Below the pieces are notes generated by a model. It was given only the letters and a program-made list of their open reading frames with translations, did not search any database and was not told the DNA's origin. A stretch of 64,000 nt of DNA. Origin: a virus. The translations under genes and the position numbers were made by a program. Location: IMG/VR virus record IMGVR_UViG_3300011115_000708, positions 17,029 through 81,028 of that record. One strand, given 5' to 3'. Positions 1 to 12,009 of this stretch are shown here, piece by piece; position 1 is the stretch's first letter, and each line of letters opens with the position of its first letter.

Positions 1-1179
1 ACAGTTGGTGGTGCTCTTGATGCCACTATTACTACAATAATAGCGGCAGCTCCTGGAGTAAAGGAAGTTCAAGAGGTGTCATTTTCTGGAGCAGTTGCAA
101 TTGGGACAGTGAATACCCTATTCAAGGTGACCATTACAAATGGTACTAGCTCAAATTCTTATTCAACAAGCTCAAGAGAAACTTTCAGTACTCATTTTAT
201 CAAGACATTCAAGACGAAGATGTATGCATCGTCTGGGTCACTGATGTACTTCAGCCACACAGCATCACCAACTGATTGGGGAATAACATCAGTAAACAAA
301 TTCTCTGGATATGAAAATCTAGCCGCACAAATCGGATCATATACAAAATCAATTGGAGCAGCCAGCTATCAAAGCTACATGGCAATCTTTGCCAGAAGAA
401 GCACTCAGATTTGGCAGATGGTTGCTGGAGCTCCAGTTGATAACCAGGTAGCCCAATTGATGGATGGAGTTGGGGCTGTTGCTCCTGGATCAATTTCTAG
501 CTTTGGTGAGCTCGACGTATTCTTCTTGTCTGATACTGGAATTCGCTCATTGCGAGCCAGGGACTCATCCAATGCAGCAGTCGTATTCGACATTGGTACA
601 TCCATTGATCCAATCGTGCAGGCAAAAATGACCACCACTGGATACCGAAAAACCAAGTTGGCCAAGGCGATCATCGAACCAACCGATGGGCGCTACCTCA
701 TTGCAATCGGCAATACTGTTTTCGTCTACTCGTTCTTTCCAGCATCTGGAATATCGGCATGGACAACCTATGATCTTGGTTTTGAAGTGGAGGACTGGGC
801 AGTTCAAGACAACCGACTCTACTGCCGATCTGGGGAGAAGATCTACCTATACGGTGGTGACGACAACAATACCTACGATTCGTCAGAGGCATCCGTGGAG
901 CTTTCCTGGCTGTCTGCAGACAAACCAGCTCATAAGAAACGCTTCTACGGCCTGGATGTCTCTTGCGAAGGGACTTGGACGGCCCAAATCAGTACTGATC
1001 CAGTAACAAATCAGTTCGTCACTACAGGATCTGTGATCGGCCAAAACTTCAGCCAGCCAAATTTCAGGATGTCTGCGCTCGGAACCCATATTGGCTTGAA
1101 GTTCTCTACCACAGATGCATCATTCTCACGGCTCTCATCCACATGCATTCACTTTGATTTCACTGACCCCGCACGATAA
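1..1179 (+). CDS. Podovirus tail/packaged-DNA stabilisation protein (P22 gp10 / tail tubular B-like), 5'-truncated
   Basis: Frame open from base 1; beta-propeller-like segments (DVFFLSDTGIRSL, SAWTTY) and HKKRFYGLDV; precedes the ejection-protein cluster. Confidence 0.65.
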   Translation, partial: TVGGALDATITTIIAAAPGVKEVQEVSFSGAVAIGTVNTLFKVTITNGTSSNSYSTSSRETFSTHFIKTFKTKMYASSGSLMYFSHTASPTDWGITSVNKFSGYENLAAQIGSYTKSIGAASYQSYMAIFARRSTQIWQMVAGAPVDNQVAQLMDGVGAVAPGSISSFGELDVFFLSDTGIRSLRARDSSNAAVVFDIGTSIDPIVQAKMTTTGYRKTKLAKAIIEPTDGRYLIAIGNTVFVYSFFPASGISAWTTYDLGFEVEDWAVQDNRLYCRSGEKIYLYGGDDNNTYDSSEASVELSWLSADKPAHKKRFYGLDVSCEGTWTAQISTDPVTNQFVTTGSVIGQNFSQPNFRMSALGTHIGLKFSTTDASFSRLSSTCIHFDFTDPAR

Positions 1180-1197
1180 CCAATACCATTTGAAAAT

Positions 1198-1896
1198 ATG
1201 AGCAGTTTATTCGGAGGCGGAAGTAATAAGGCGGCAAATGAAGCAAACAAGCTGTCCAAACAGCAGTTTCAATACCAAAAAGATCAGGCTGCTAAGGCAG
1301 AGGCTGATGCTTTGGCAAAACGTGCAAGCATCGAGAAGGGCCTTGGTGACATCTCCAACATCTTCTCTCAGTACAATGATCCGTACTATGCTGGAATTTC
1401 GGAGAACTACAGACAATATGCCAACCCACAGCTTGAGAAGTCATTCCAGGAATCAAGTGGGAATATCACATCGAATCTTGCAAACAGAGGAAAACTTGGA
1501 TCATCCACTGCCGTAAAGCAGTACGGTGATCTTGGCAGCACTTATGGCGCGATGCGCCAGCAGTCTGAGATGAAGGCTCAGGATTATGCCAACCAGCAAC
1601 GACAAGCAATCAACCAGGCTCGTTCACAGACAATCGGCCAGCTTTACTCCTCTGAGTCGCCGCAGGCGGCGCTCCAGTCGGCCAATGCTTTCGTTCCACA
1701 GCTCAACGCTGGGCCATCGTTCAGCGCCATCGGTGACATCCTGAACCAAGCATCTAAATTTGCTGCCCAAGACTACACATCTGCTCAATTCAGACCACAG
1801 GGTGGAATGCTCTTTGCCAATGAATACACTGGAAATAGCCGAAGCAACCCGAATGTGAACAAGCAAAACAATGTTTCCACCTATACTGGGTACTGA
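1198..1896 (+). CDS. Putative internal virion (ejection) protein
   Basis: Gln/Ala/Ser-rich helical protein with MSSLFGGG start; position. Confidence 0.6.
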   Translation: MSSLFGGGSNKAANEANKLSKQQFQYQKDQAAKAEADALAKRASIEKGLGDISNIFSQYNDPYYAGISENYRQYANPQLEKSFQESSGNITSNLANRGKLGSSTAVKQYGDLGSTYGAMRQQSEMKAQDYANQQRQAINQARSQTIGQLYSSESPQAALQSANAFVPQLNAGPSFSAIGDILNQASKFAAQDYTSAQFRPQGGMLFANEYTGNSRSNPNVNKQNNVSTYTGY

Positions 1897-1903
1897 TGTC
1901 AAG

Positions 1904-2335
1904 ATGACCATCGACGAGTTTGAGGCTGCGATCATCGACGGCCCAAGAGTCGATTGCCCAGTCACCAACCGATTCACCCCTGGTATGTACATCAGGGAAA
2001 TCTTCATGCCAGCAGGTTCGTTTGTTACCAGCATGGAGCACAAGACCGAGCATCCTTTTGTAATCTCTAAGGGAAAAGTTATGGTCACCTCAGAAAATGA
2101 GGGCCAAGTCATCTATGAAGCGCCGCATTTAGGGATAACGGCTCCTGGAACCAGGAGAGCTCTCTACATTATTGAGGACACTGTCTGGACAACATTCCAC
2201 GTCACAGACGAGACAGACGTGGAGAAGATTGGTCTTGAAATTCTAGCTCCACACAATAACATCCTGATCGAACCCAACCACCCATCGCTGAACGCGTGGA
2301 ATGGAGGCAAGCAACCAACTAACCTCATCGAATAA
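1904..2335 (+). CDS. Cupin-like phage protein
   Basis: FTPGMYIREIFMPAG...HKTEH...SKG cupin-type motif; ATG at 1904 preferred. Confidence 0.65.
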   Translation: MTIDEFEAAIIDGPRVDCPVTNRFTPGMYIREIFMPAGSFVTSMEHKTEHPFVISKGKVMVTSENEGQVIYEAPHLGITAPGTRRALYIIEDTVWTTFHVTDETDVEKIGLEILAPHNNILIEPNHPSLNAWNGGKQPTNLIE

Positions 2336-3156
2336 TGACCTGGGCAGTAACAGCAATTTCCGCAGCAGCCATGGTGTCTGGAGCCATGGCCCAGCAGCAT
2401 GCATCAAACCAGCGCAACAATGCGCTTTCAGTGGCAAGCCTTGCAGAGCAAAAGCGCCAGCGCGACATCATGCTGAAAAACTCAAGTCTGCAAAGCCAGC
2501 AGCAGCAAGATGAACTAAAAGCTCGTCAGACATTCCAGGATCAGGGGATGAAAGCGTTCGACTCCAACGCGGTAAAGTCAGACACAACTGCCCAGCAACA
2601 ACAAATCGCGAATTCTCTTATTGCAGCGCAAAACGCTCAGCCAGTTGCCATCACTGGTGGCGCAACTCCCACAGATACCGTGCAGACAGTCGGAGCAAAT
2701 CCGATGGGATCAATTGGATCAAACACCTATGCTAATGACCTGGCCAAAGTGATGGCATACAACCAGGCTTATGGAAACCAACAGGCAAATGCCCAAGCAG
2801 CACTGGCCGCCATGGATCGAGCCAACATGCTTGGCGGGGAGCGCCTCCAGCGGTCTGGAGAGCAGATCGGTATGACCGCCAACCAGCTCAACGCACTCAA
2901 TCGACCGATGCAGGCAAATCAGCTTCTCAGTAACGCATCTCAAAACCTGTACGGCAGCGATGCCAACATGGCACAGCTCAAGGGTGGTGGATGGGATCTT
3001 TTCGGAAAGATTCTCTCAACTGCTGGCAGCGTTGGCCTTGGGGCTGCATCTGGCGGAGCGCTCGCCCCTGGCGGCGCTGGGTACAACACGGCGGCTGGAC
3101 TCTACAACCAGACAGCGGGAAGATTGGGCGCAGCGCCAAAAGCATTCATCGTCTAA
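2335..3156 (+). CDS. Putative internal virion (ejection) protein
   Basis: Hydrophobic MTWAVTAI N-terminus, Gln/Ala-rich body, Gly-rich C-terminus; TAATG coupling. Confidence 0.6.
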   Translation: MTWAVTAISAAAMVSGAMAQQHASNQRNNALSVASLAEQKRQRDIMLKNSSLQSQQQQDELKARQTFQDQGMKAFDSNAVKSDTTAQQQQIANSLIAAQNAQPVAITGGATPTDTVQTVGANPMGSIGSNTYANDLAKVMAYNQAYGNQQANAQAALAAMDRANMLGGERLQRSGEQIGMTANQLNALNRPMQANQLLSNASQNLYGSDANMAQLKGGGWDLFGKILSTAGSVGLGAASGGALAPGGAGYNTAAGLYNQTAGRLGAAPKAFIV

Positions 3157-3168
3157 CAGACAAACATT

Positions 3169-4827
3169 ATGAGCAGCCTATCACCATATCAATCAGCATC
3201 ACTTGGACAAGGAGTCCAGGGAGTTGGAAATGCCATCTCCACAATCTTTGACCCGCGCATTCAAATGCAGGCTCAACAAGCTCGCCTGGCTAACGAGGCC
3301 AATGCGCTTGAAGCCAAGTATAAGCCAGACGTGTACAGGTCACAGATCGCACAGAACAACGCGTCTGCGGCAGCAGCAGCAGCATCTGCAGAGAAGTATC
3401 GTGCCGAGACTGAAGCGGCTCGCCAACGTGCAGCATTTGGTCAAAGCGCTGCAAACCTTCAAGCACCACAAGGAGTTTTTCCTGGAGTTCCCTACGCTCC
3501 TGATGTTGTTGCTCCACCATCTCCTCAGGTGATGCAATCATTCCAAGACCAGAGAGCTCTTTACTCAAACCTTTATGGTGGTGGAGGAGCCAATGATCTT
3601 ACTCAAGGAATGGCAAGAAATGCAGCTTTGAATGCCCAGGATGATTTAGCGGCTCGCCGTGCTGCGGTAGCACTTAGCGGAAATCTTCCAAACATCAATC
3701 AGGCATTCATGCCAGAGTTCCAAGGTAAAGTCATTGCGGCTCAAGGAGCTAACGATATTGCTGTTCAAAATGCAAAGTCGCAAGGTGATCTTCAGAGTAC
3801 TATTGCAAAGTCACAAGGTGACATGCAAAACACCATGATTGGTGATATTATCAAGGGAGCATTTGGATCTGGTGGCAGTGGATCTTCACTATCTCCTGGT
3901 ATGAGCTCGATGAAACTTGAAGATCTTGACAAATACGTTCAAGGCAAGTTCTCAATTCCTGGTGAACCAATGAGTCCTGAAAACTTCCAAGCTGCGAATG
4001 CTTACAAGACAAGCATGGCTATGCTAATGGGTCAGGGAGTCGATCCAATGACCGCAGACAGCCTAGCATCTCAACATCATGGAGCTGCATCTTACTCAGA
4101 TCCATTCTTTGGATCTCCACGCATGGAGACTGGCAAGGATTTCAACATGAATCCAATTAGTCCGTCAGAAGCTGCGGATATTGCTAGTAGAATCCGTGAT
4201 GACAAGACGAAGGCTGGAATGGATAGAACTAGCCAAATCATGCAGATGATGTTTCAAAATGGGCAGATTCCAGGAGCTACTGGACTTGCTGCTCCAGGTG
4301 CATCAAATGTTCCTAATGTGGTTCCAGGAACTACCACACCAGCACCTACAGCTCCAAATCCAACCGTGTCTGCGGTTACTCCAGCGCCAGCCACCTTCAC
4401 GCCACCGCAGACGCTTGGTCAGCAAGTTGCATCTGAAAAGAAATCAACCCAGCGCAAAAAGGATGTTGATTACAACAAGGCCACAATGGAATCACTTAGG
4501 AAACAGGCTGATTCTGCAAAAGTTCCATTGGATCAGATTATCGCAACCGCGATGGCTGGTGGCCAGGAAAATAAAGATGCTCTAGAAAGGGCGTTGGCTG
4601 TGCGCCCCCCATCGGTCACTACCAGTTTTGGTCAATCAGGAGCCAGTGTTGGCTTGGTTCCATTTACTAAATATGCTGGCCCGTCAATAAATGACATCCA
4701 GAATGCGGCAAGAGATCCAGAAATTCAAAAGATGTTTGGAATAAATCCAGATCTTGTGAATAATTACCTGCAGACAGGAAATGCTGGACAGACACAGGTT
4801 GGACGATTTACTGTGACCCCGCAATAA
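3169..4827 (+). CDS. Putative internal virion (ejection) protein
   Basis: 552-aa Ala/Gln/Pro-rich ORF in the ejection cluster. Confidence 0.55.
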   Translation: MSSLSPYQSASLGQGVQGVGNAISTIFDPRIQMQAQQARLANEANALEAKYKPDVYRSQIAQNNASAAAAAASAEKYRAETEAARQRAAFGQSAANLQAPQGVFPGVPYAPDVVAPPSPQVMQSFQDQRALYSNLYGGGGANDLTQGMARNAALNAQDDLAARRAAVALSGNLPNINQAFMPEFQGKVIAAQGANDIAVQNAKSQGDLQSTIAKSQGDMQNTMIGDIIKGAFGSGGSGSSLSPGMSSMKLEDLDKYVQGKFSIPGEPMSPENFQAANAYKTSMAMLMGQGVDPMTADSLASQHHGAASYSDPFFGSPRMETGKDFNMNPISPSEAADIASRIRDDKTKAGMDRTSQIMQMMFQNGQIPGATGLAAPGASNVPNVVPGTTTPAPTAPNPTVSAVTPAPATFTPPQTLGQQVASEKKSTQRKKDVDYNKATMESLRKQADSAKVPLDQIIATAMAGGQENKDALERALAVRPPSVTTSFGQSGASVGLVPFTKYAGPSINDIQNAARDPEIQKMFGINPDLVNNYLQTGNAGQTQVGRFTVTPQ

Positions 4828-4828
4828 G

Positions 4829-7800
4829 ATGCCAATCTACAATGTCACTGACCCGACGACTGGCCAATCTCTAAAGCTCACAGGGGATTCACCTCCTACC
4901 GAGCAAGAGCTTTCCCAGATTTTTGCAGCCCAGCCACCAAAACAAGCTGAGAATCCAATTGACAGGATCTTCAGACAGGGAGAGGAGCGCAGACAGAAAG
5001 CAGCAGAAGATGCGGCCAATGCTCCATCTATGCTTGGATCGTTTGCGCGCGGCGCGCGGGAGAGCATTGGGCCTGGAATTGGATCATTGGCTGGAATGAC
5101 AATTGGAGCAGCCATGGCCCCTGCCACAGGTGGTTTATCAATGCTCATACCTCTTGGTGGAACGCTTATAGGAGGCGCTTTAGGAGGTATGGGACAAGGC
5201 GTAGTTGACCCAATGACCGCAGAGCGCGAGAAGGCTCTTCAACGTGATATGGCAACCAATCCAGTATCATCTTGGGTTGGTTCTGTATCTCCTATGGTGG
5301 CCGCAATGAAACCAAATATCTCTGGTATCGGAACGGCTCTGCGCTCGATGGAGGGCGCTGCCACTGCAGCCGAAAGAGCCGCTATCAGCGGAGCCAGGAT
5401 CAACATGGCAGCAGGAGCGGGTATCGGCGGAGGACTCAACCTTGGCATGAATGCTCTTCACGGACAGCTTCCAACGCCAGGTAGCTTTGCTGGTGACGTG
5501 CTGCTTGGTGCGGCATTCAATGAGCCAAACCGTCTGGGACGCGCTCTCGGAATGCACTCGTCTGTGCGGCCAGTCATGCCTGGTGAAGCAGCGCAAACTG
5601 CAGCGCCAGCGGTAGCGCAGTTAGTTGCTCCAGTGGCAACTCCAGCGGCGGAAGCAGTGGCAGCGCCACCAGTAGTGGCAGCAGCTCCAGTATCCACTCG
5701 GCCAGGCTATCTAGGCCCAGAAGCGCCAACTGGCCCAGTTGTAATGCCTCCAGTCGTTGAGGGCCCTTCTGTTGGATTCCAAGGGGTAGAAGGCCCGAAT
5801 CCTGGGACAATCTTCAATCCATCTGATTCAGCCGTGGTGGTAGCACCAGAAGTTCCAGCTTCACTTGGAGCCAATGGCAAACCCAAGAAGCAATATCAAC
5901 TGAAGCCAAGAGAAGAGGCTGGTATGCCACCTAAAGCAGCGGAAGCTCCACCAGTACAGACAGGAACTGGTGAGGCGCTTTCACCAAGAGATGCTGCCAT
6001 GGCTAAAATCAATTCTGAATACCAAGCTGCAGTTGACAAGGCTAACAATATCGAAAACCTATACGATAAAGGGAAAGCACTCAGAACAGCAGAGTTGTTT
6101 AGGAATGGAAAAATTGATAAGCTTAACAAGAATTTCCCACCTCCAGCAGAAGCGCCACCAGTTGCAGCAGAAGCTCCGACAGCTCCACAAGCTCCAGCGG
6201 TTTTAGCAGAACCTATAGTTTCAGCACCTGCTGAAACACCCAAGTTCACTCTTCCAGCAGAATTATCAAAATCTTCACCACGATATGGATACAAAACTTC
6301 AAACTTTACCTTGGAGTTTGCATCGGATCTAGATCGCGCGGCATATGTATTAGCCAATGATTCAATCAGCGGAAAGAAATCAAAATCTGCAGACAAGTTC
6401 AGAAAAGCTATTGCAGACGCTGGACTTGACGAAGCTGCTGTAATCGAACATGGAAAAAAAGTTCGTGAAGTTCTTAAGAAAGACGCAGAAATAGCTCATG
6501 GCTATCAAGAGGATTCGATCTACATGCCCGACCAGGGTTTTGAACAACCACCTTCCGCAGCGAAACCCGCTGCAGTTGAACCGATAGTAACCAATGAAAA
6601 CCAAACCGAAAACAATGTCCAAGGGCAAGCCAATGGGCAAGGGCAAGGGGAAACCCTGCTAACACCACCTGAGCCTCCCCCCGTTGCGGGGGAGGCCGCA
6701 ACTTCAGAACCACTAACCACTAAGCCAAATGCCACTCAAGAAAGGAACCAGCAAGAAAGTAATATCGGAGAACATCAAGCGGGAAATGAGCCACGGAAAA
6801 CCCCAAAAGCAGGCGGTCGCAATCGCGCTGTCGCAGGCGGGGAAAAGCCGCAAGAAGTAGTAATCGACAACTCGATTCCGAAATGGGAGGGAGAAGTTCC
6901 AGAAGCTCTTAATTCAAAAGGAACATCCATTCCGACATCAACCCTGGAAGGAAATCTGAAATATGCCAGGATTCAATATGATAAGGTAGTTGCTGATGGA
7001 CGGCAAGCTACGCCAGAGCTAAGGACAAAAATTTCTCGTCTTGAAGCTCAAATTGCTAGCAGACCAAAATCAATTAAGAGCCAGGCAATTGATATTATTG
7101 TAAAAAGCAATGGTGAATATCCAGTTATTGATGCAGCGATTGCGGCTGGAATGAAGCCACCACCACCTGGACTCAAGCTAATTGAAAGCCACGCAAGAAA
7201 AGGCCATAAGCTAAAAACAAAATCAATAGAAAAAAGAACAAATGCAGATTGGGATGGTCACGTTCCAATCATCGAAGCTCCAGCAGGAGTTGCAAGAGAG
7301 GTTCTGAAAAGAGTGTATGGTGGTAAAAGATCAACTGGAAAAGAGCCATCTACTGTAGCCAGTGAACTTGGAATGACTACCAGTGAGATGTGGGCAAAGC
7401 TAAGGGCTGAGCTCGATCTTGTCTCCAGAGGTGGAGAAACTCCGATTGAGGAGCGCATGAGCGAGTATCTCGGAAAAAATAATGCCGAAGAGCAGGCTCT
7501 AAACTTTGGTAATTCCGCATTAGAACCCTCACCTGGAAAAGAGCCAACACCTGTCAGCGCACTTGAAAAGGGCGATACCATGGTGATTGATGGTGAGGAG
7601 GTGAAGGTGGTAAGCACCACTGAAAACGCAGACGGATCGAGCACTGCGGTGTTGAGAGATGGTGAGAAATTTGGAGATCAGCGAGTGAATAGCGCAGACA
7701 ACAATGATCTCTACGTTGACAAGACACCAGACCAGTTTGCCCAGGAGCAGTCTGCAAAAGCATATGACGAAGCCACTGCTGCTGAAAAGGAGCAGATGAT

Positions 7801-10800
7801 GGCCGAGCAGGCAAAGCAGGAGGATAAGGCATCCGCATCAACAGAATCCAAGCCATATGATCCAAAAGCAATCTCATCGCTTCGCGAGCAAGAACGGTAT
7901 CTTGTAGATAAGCTATGGAATATGAGGAATGGCAATAAGGGAGTGCGAGTTACAGAAGAAGCCCTAGTTAATACGGAAAAAGCGATTGAAAGTGTTAGGG
8001 CTGATATTGAGAAATACAGCCAGCAAAATAAGCCAGTTTCACCAACTGAGGAAGCTCCAGCGTCAGCGGCAAAGCCAACCGAGTCTCCGCAGGAAATAAA
8101 GAACTTCAACAACAGATCTCTGCTTGAGCCACAGGAGGGCGGAGACGCATTTGTCCTACAACAAGAGCAGACAGTAGATGGAGCTGCTGTCACGCAGGCT
8201 GCGGAGCAGGCAAAGGCCAATGAGGCCCTAAACAACTCTCTCCAGCGGAACATCGACTTCGACAAACCAGTTGAGCCAGGACTTCTTCAGTCGGCAATTG
8301 ATGCAATTGATGGTCAAATTAAGGCTACGCAAAATTATCAAAAGTCTAATAGGGGACGAGTAAGTTCATTTCCTGTAGACATCATTGGAGCCCAGGCGTA
8401 TGAGGCCGTGCTCCAGGTTCTAAAGGCATCACTCAAAGCTGGCCAATCTATCAATAAAGCCGTTGCGTCTGCGATGGCAACTATCAAGAATACCAAGATC
8501 ACTAATGAAGAGCGAAGGGCGATTGAAGGAGAATTAAAGTCTCATGCCGTAAAGGTTACTGAGCTTGCCAAGGGCAATGATGCAAACATGAAGGTTCAGA
8601 TCGGCCTAATCGCAGAGTCGATGAAGGATGCTACTGGTAAGCCTGGAAATAGGCTCGGTATCAAAAATGAGCTCGTCAAAAAGTTCCCAGACCAGGCTGA
8701 GTACATCAAAAAGAATCTCAACCGCATCATGGATGAGATGGTGGCGCAGGAAGACCTCATCTCAAAATCCAAGAGTGCATCATCAAAGGAATGGGGAGCA
8801 TGGGGGCGCGAGCGTGTCGCTCAACTTAATGAGATCTACAGCGATGCTCGGAGCGGTCTGTCTGCAAATAAAGCTGCGAAAGCAGTTCGCGCAATCCATG
8901 ATCATCTTTTTACCAATATGGGCAAAAGGATGCATGATATTGCCGATGGTGTGCAGACAGGTAGGGCCAGCAAAGCTGGAAAGACATATGCTGAAAAGCA
9001 CTTTATGCTCAAGCCAGGTGAGGATGGAGTGAATATGGTTAGCACTGATATTCTCCAGGAAACCGACTCAAACAAACTTCTCAACCAACTCGGAAGACAC
9101 CTTGATGAACTCAAGGCATCACCAGATTTTGTCAGCATTGCAGACGCAAAGAAATCTGGATTCCTTGAGCGAGTGATCGAGCATGTGGTTGATCCATCGC
9201 GTGATGGAGAGCTTGCCAAAAACCCAACGCTCAAAAAGAGCGTGGAGTTCTTCTCAGCAATTCGCGGACAAGTTCTCAATTACCTCAAGCAAAACAACAT
9301 CGAAATTGGTGATCTTGGCCCACGTTCAATGAGCCGATCCATGGATGCGGTTAAGGTATTTTCAAACCGAGCTGCGTTTTTGAAAGATGCTGCATCGGCT
9401 TACGAAGCGAAGTGGGGAGCGGAGCTTCGCATCCTTGCAGCAAAAGCAGCAAAAGCTGGCCCTGGAAGCAAAGAGCAAAAAGCATTCCTCAAACGTACCG
9501 CTGAAATAAACAAGCTCGACTCAAAAGAATTTGCCAACCGATACCTGACGGCCATCGAGGCAGGTGAGCGTGGTCTTACCTCAGACGGAAATGACTTTTA
9601 TTCCAATGAAGGTGGCCTCACACCAAACATCTTTAAGGCTCGCGAGTTCGGCCAAGAAGCCGAAACATTCCTGAGGAAGTACATGATCAATGATCCATTT
9701 CAGATGATCAAAAATGAAGTCGTTGCCGCAACTAGGGCTGTGACAAAAGCCAGACTGCTGGGTGGCTTCAATGAAAAAGGTGAATTTGACAATCTTGGTG
9801 GATGGAAGAAACTTCGTGCAGACCTGGAGGCTGAAGGAAATGGTGACATGGTTCCGCTGTATCAGCAGACTCTCAAAAACTATCTCAACGTCAAAGGCAC
9901 AGACAACCAGACAAGCCAGAGCATACTACAAGGCATTCATGGCCTTACGCAGCTAACCTATCTATCAAGAGCCGCAGTATCATCGTTAGGAGAACCAACT
10001 ATGGTTGGCGTGAGAGCTGGAAGTCTGCGAGAAGCTGCAAGAGCTAATGTTGAAACAGCAAAAAATTTCGTTAAGCTGATCCGCAGAGCAAAGCCATCTG
10101 AAAGCATCATCATTGCGGAAGCTCTAGGTGAGATCAAGATTGGCCAACATGCAATGATGGGAAGTGAGTCAATCAACAATGCTTTCAGTGGTCGTGGGTT
10201 ATTTGGGAATCTTGTTAGCCAATTCCATGAGAAGACATTTCTAACAGATTTGACAAATGCCACTATGGCCGCATCAATGGATGTTGGTAAGGCGTTCATC
10301 AACATGAACCTCAAGCTAATAAAAGAAGGTGGAGCTCTAAGCCGTCTGTCTTTGCAAGGATTACGCGAAATCGGAATCAGCAGGGAAGATCTTCCAATGA
10401 TGCAGGAGTTTGCTGCCAGATTTGATAAGGAACCAAACTGGTCAAAGCTCGTCCTGGAAGACAGCCCAGCAGCCGCGAAGTTCCGCGATGCACTCACGTT
10501 GTTCAAGCGCACTGGAGGCGCTCTTGACCCTACCAGAGCCTCGAAAACAATGGCATCTACCAATCCGCTTGCCAGTTTGTTCTATTCGTTGAGTGGATAC
10601 CTTTACGAGTTCCACGACAAGATTACTAGGCGTTATTTAGCAAGAGGAAAAGCCATGATCACTGGAAAGATGATGATGGAAGGTAAAATGCAAAAACTCA
10701 AAGGGCCAGAGCGATGGGCAATCTTTGGGGAGATTGCAAAAGGAGCCGTGGCGCTCTATTCGACCCAATATGCAATTCAGTTGATCCGCGAAAACCTCTA

Positions 10801-11248
10801 CGCAGACCCAGAGCGCATCGCCAAGGATAAGCGCAGAACTCCTGGTCAAATAGCCAAGCTCAGGGCTGCCGCTGCTCTCTCGCGCTCGTCTGTGTTCGGC
10901 CCATACGACAGCATCTTCAACGCCATCACCCAAGCTCGCTACCAGCGCGATCCAGCTACCACCCTCCTTGGTGCTGAGATTGGTGGAATCTCAGACCTAT
11001 TTGGCCAAGTTGCCAACATGATCCAGGGAGAGCGCAATGCTAAAGGAACCAATACCGCAGAGCGGAAATTGACCAGAAGCCTCTACAATATGACCGTGGC
11101 TCCTGCAGTGGGAGCATTGGCGGCCACCATGCCTGGATATGCAGTTCCATCTACCCTAATTCAAGCTGCCTACCATCCAGCAATCAGAGAACAATTTGTC
11201 AAAGGAGTGGCTGGGCCCCCAGTATTGCCTAAAATGCCAGCGAAATAA
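4829..11248 (+). CDS. Giant internal virion / DNA-ejection (polyvalent-type) protein, 2139 aa
   Basis: [10 protein letters not shown]...PT..EL N-terminus, Gly-rich membrane-like segment, disordered middle, helical C-terminal half; last gene before lysis. Confidence 0.7.
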   Translation: MPIYNVTDPTTGQSLKLTGDSPPTEQELSQIFAAQPPKQAENPIDRIFRQGEERRQKAAEDAANAPSMLGSFARGARESIGPGIGSLAGMTIGAAMAPATGGLSMLIPLGGTLIGGALGGMGQGVVDPMTAEREKALQRDMATNPVSSWVGSVSPMVAAMKPNISGIGTALRSMEGAATAAERAAISGARINMAAGAGIGGGLNLGMNALHGQLPTPGSFAGDVLLGAAFNEPNRLGRALGMHSSVRPVMPGEAAQTAAPAVAQLVAPVATPAAEAVAAPPVVAAAPVSTRPGYLGPEAPTGPVVMPPVVEGPSVGFQGVEGPNPGTIFNPSDSAVVVAPEVPASLGANGKPKKQYQLKPREEAGMPPKAAEAPPVQTGTGEALSPRDAAMAKINSEYQAAVDKANNIENLYDKGKALRTAELFRNGKIDKLNKNFPPPAEAPPVAAEAPTAPQAPAVLAEPIVSAPAETPKFTLPAELSKSSPRYGYKTSNFTLEFASDLDRAAYVLANDSISGKKSKSADKFRKAIADAGLDEAAVIEHGKKVREVLKKDAEIAHGYQEDSIYMPDQGFEQPPSAAKPAAVEPIVTNENQTENNVQGQANGQGQGETLLTPPEPPPVAGEAATSEPLTTKPNATQERNQQESNIGEHQAGNEPRKTPKAGGRNRAVAGGEKPQEVVIDNSIPKWEGEVPEALNSKGTSIPTSTLEGNLKYARIQYDKVVADGRQATPELRTKISRLEAQIASRPKSIKSQAIDIIVKSNGEYPVIDAAIAAGMKPPPPGLKLIESHARKGHKLKTKSIEKRTNADWDGHVPIIEAPAGVAREVLKRVYGGKRSTGKEPSTVASELGMTTSEMWAKLRAELDLVSRGGETPIEERMSEYLGKNNAEEQALNFGNSALEPSPGKEPTPVSALEKGDTMVIDGEEVKVVSTTENADGSSTAVLRDGEKFGDQRVNSADNNDLYVDKTPDQFAQEQSAKAYDEATAAEKEQMMAEQAKQEDKASASTESKPYDPKAISSLREQERYLVDKLWNMRNGNKGVRVTEEALVNTEKAIESVRADIEKYSQQNKPVSPTEEAPASAAKPTESPQEIKNFNNRSLLEPQEGGDAFVLQQEQTVDGAAVTQAAEQAKANEALNNSLQRNIDFDKPVEPGLLQSAIDAIDGQIKATQNYQKSNRGRVSSFPVDIIGAQAYEAVLQVLKASLKAGQSINKAVASAMATIKNTKITNEERRAIEGELKSHAVKVTELAKGNDANMKVQIGLIAESMKDATGKPGNRLGIKNELVKKFPDQAEYIKKNLNRIMDEMVAQEDLISKSKSASSKEWGAWGRERVAQLNEIYSDARSGLSANKAAKAVRAIHDHLFTNMGKRMHDIADGVQTGRASKAGKTYAEKHFMLKPGEDGVNMVSTDILQETDSNKLLNQLGRHLDELKASPDFVSIADAKKSGFLERVIEHVVDPSRDGELAKNPTLKKSVEFFSAIRGQVLNYLKQNNIEIGDLGPRSMSRSMDAVKVFSNRAAFLKDAASAYEAKWGAELRILAAKAAKAGPGSKEQKAFLKRTAEINKLDSKEFANRYLTAIEAGERGLTSDGNDFYSNEGGLTPNIFKAREFGQEAETFLRKYMINDPFQMIKNEVVAATRAVTKARLLGGFNEKGEFDNLGGWKKLRADLEAEGNGDMVPLYQQTLKNYLNVKGTDNQTSQSILQGIHGLTQLTYLSRAAVSSLGEPTMVGVRAGSLREAARANVETAKNFVKLIRRAKPSESIIIAEALGEIKIGQHAMMGSESINNAFSGRGLFGNLVSQFHEKTFLTDLTNATMAASMDVGKAFINMNLKLIKEGGALSRLSLQGLREIGISREDLPMMQEFAARFDKEPNWSKLVLEDSPAAAKFRDALTLFKRTGGALDPTRASKTMASTNPLASLFYSLSGYLYEFHDKITRRYLARGKAMITGKMMMEGKMQKLKGPERWAIFGEIAKGAVALYSTQYAIQLIRENLYADPERIAKDKRRTPGQIAKLRAAAALSRSSVFGPYDSIFNAITQARYQRDPATTLLGAEIGGISDLFGQVANMIQGERNAKGTNTAERKLTRSLYNMTVAPAVGALAATMPGYAVPSTLIQAAYHPAIREQFVKGVAGPPVLPKMPAK
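6594..6662 (+). CDS. Nested +1-frame small basic peptide [22 protein letters not shown] (22 aa)
   Basis: ATG preceded by in-frame TAG TAA; K/G/M-rich with terminal Cys; not in ORF track. Confidence 0.5.
   Translation: MKTKPKTMSKGKPMGKGKGKPC
6729..6860 (+). CDS. Nested +1-frame small basic protein [43 protein letters not shown] (43 aa)
   Basis: A/C-rich leader (aaccactaaccactaagccaa-ATG), TAG TAA double stop; resembles the widespread phage MPLKKG...KQAVAIALS family (from recall). Confidence 0.75.
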   Translation: MPLKKGTSKKVISENIKREMSHGKPQKQAVAIALSQAGKSRKK

Positions 11249-11292
11249 TCTTGCAGACAGGCCATTATTCGCTAATCTCACCACGCAAACAT

Positions 11293-11457
11293 ATGAAAAC
11301 CATCCTATTATCGTATCTAAAGCAAGAATCCACTTGGCGTGGACTATTCCAATTTGCTACAGCAATCGGAATCGGTCTGCGTCCAGACCAATCTGCTGCA
11401 ATTCTTTCTGTAGGAATCGCCGCCGTGGGGGCCATCAACACGTTCAAGAATAAATGA
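11293..11457 (+). CDS. Holin-like membrane protein
   Basis: ESTWRG motif, hydrophobic, ATGA-coupled to endolysin; homologue at 28738-28899. Confidence 0.7.
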   Translation: MKTILLSYLKQESTWRGLFQFATAIGIGLRPDQSAAILSVGIAAVGAINTFKNK

Positions 11458-12005
11458 GCGTAAAAGAGATCCAATCAAAGATTGGAGCAACTCCAGATGG
11501 TGAGTGGGGGCCTAGAAGCAAGGCTCTGTGCAAGATCCATCTCCATGATCTGATGCCATCACCAAACCCATGGCCATCAGATGACACGCTCTCTATGACG
11601 CGATTCTACGGCGAGGCTGGCGAGCGCAATCTCGTCAACCTGGACGTGTCTGAGTTTGGCGTGAAGTACGATGGTCAGCACGTCAAAACGATTCGCTGCA
11701 ACAAGAAAGTGGCCGAATCGCTGGGTCGAATCATTGAGGCTATTGCAAACAGCGAATGGGCCTACATGCTTCAGCGGTTTGATGGATGCTACAACTACCG
11801 AAAGATGCGCGGAGGAAACTCACTTTCAATCCACTCATGGGGCGCTGCGGTTGACTTCGATGCTGGCAATAACATGAACAACCAGGCATGGCCAGAAAGC
11901 GCCACCATGCCGCTCGGTGTGATGGAGATTTTTGCTCGTGAAGGATGGATTTCGGCAGGGGCATTTTGGGGGCGTGATGCGATGCATTTTCAAGCGACAA
12001 AATAA
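11454..12005 (+). CDS. Endolysin, M15 family Zn peptidase with N-terminal PG-binding-like segment
   Basis: SIHSWGAAVD (SxHxxGxAxD) and DAMHFQ motifs; IQSKIGATPDGEWGP. Confidence 0.85.
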   Translation: MSVKEIQSKIGATPDGEWGPRSKALCKIHLHDLMPSPNPWPSDDTLSMTRFYGEAGERNLVNLDVSEFGVKYDGQHVKTIRCNKKVAESLGRIIEAIANSEWAYMLQRFDGCYNYRKMRGGNSLSIHSWGAAVDFDAGNNMNNQAWPESATMPLGVMEIFAREGWISAGAFWGRDAMHFQATK

Positions 12006-12009
12006 AATC

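Noticed and set aside
5874-5903. Further nested [12 protein letters not shown] in the giant gene
   Set aside because: Only 9 codons, with no leader or recognisable motif.
9958-10563. Long antisense ORFs opposite the major genes
   Set aside because: Expected shadows of codon bias; no motifs or expression signals.
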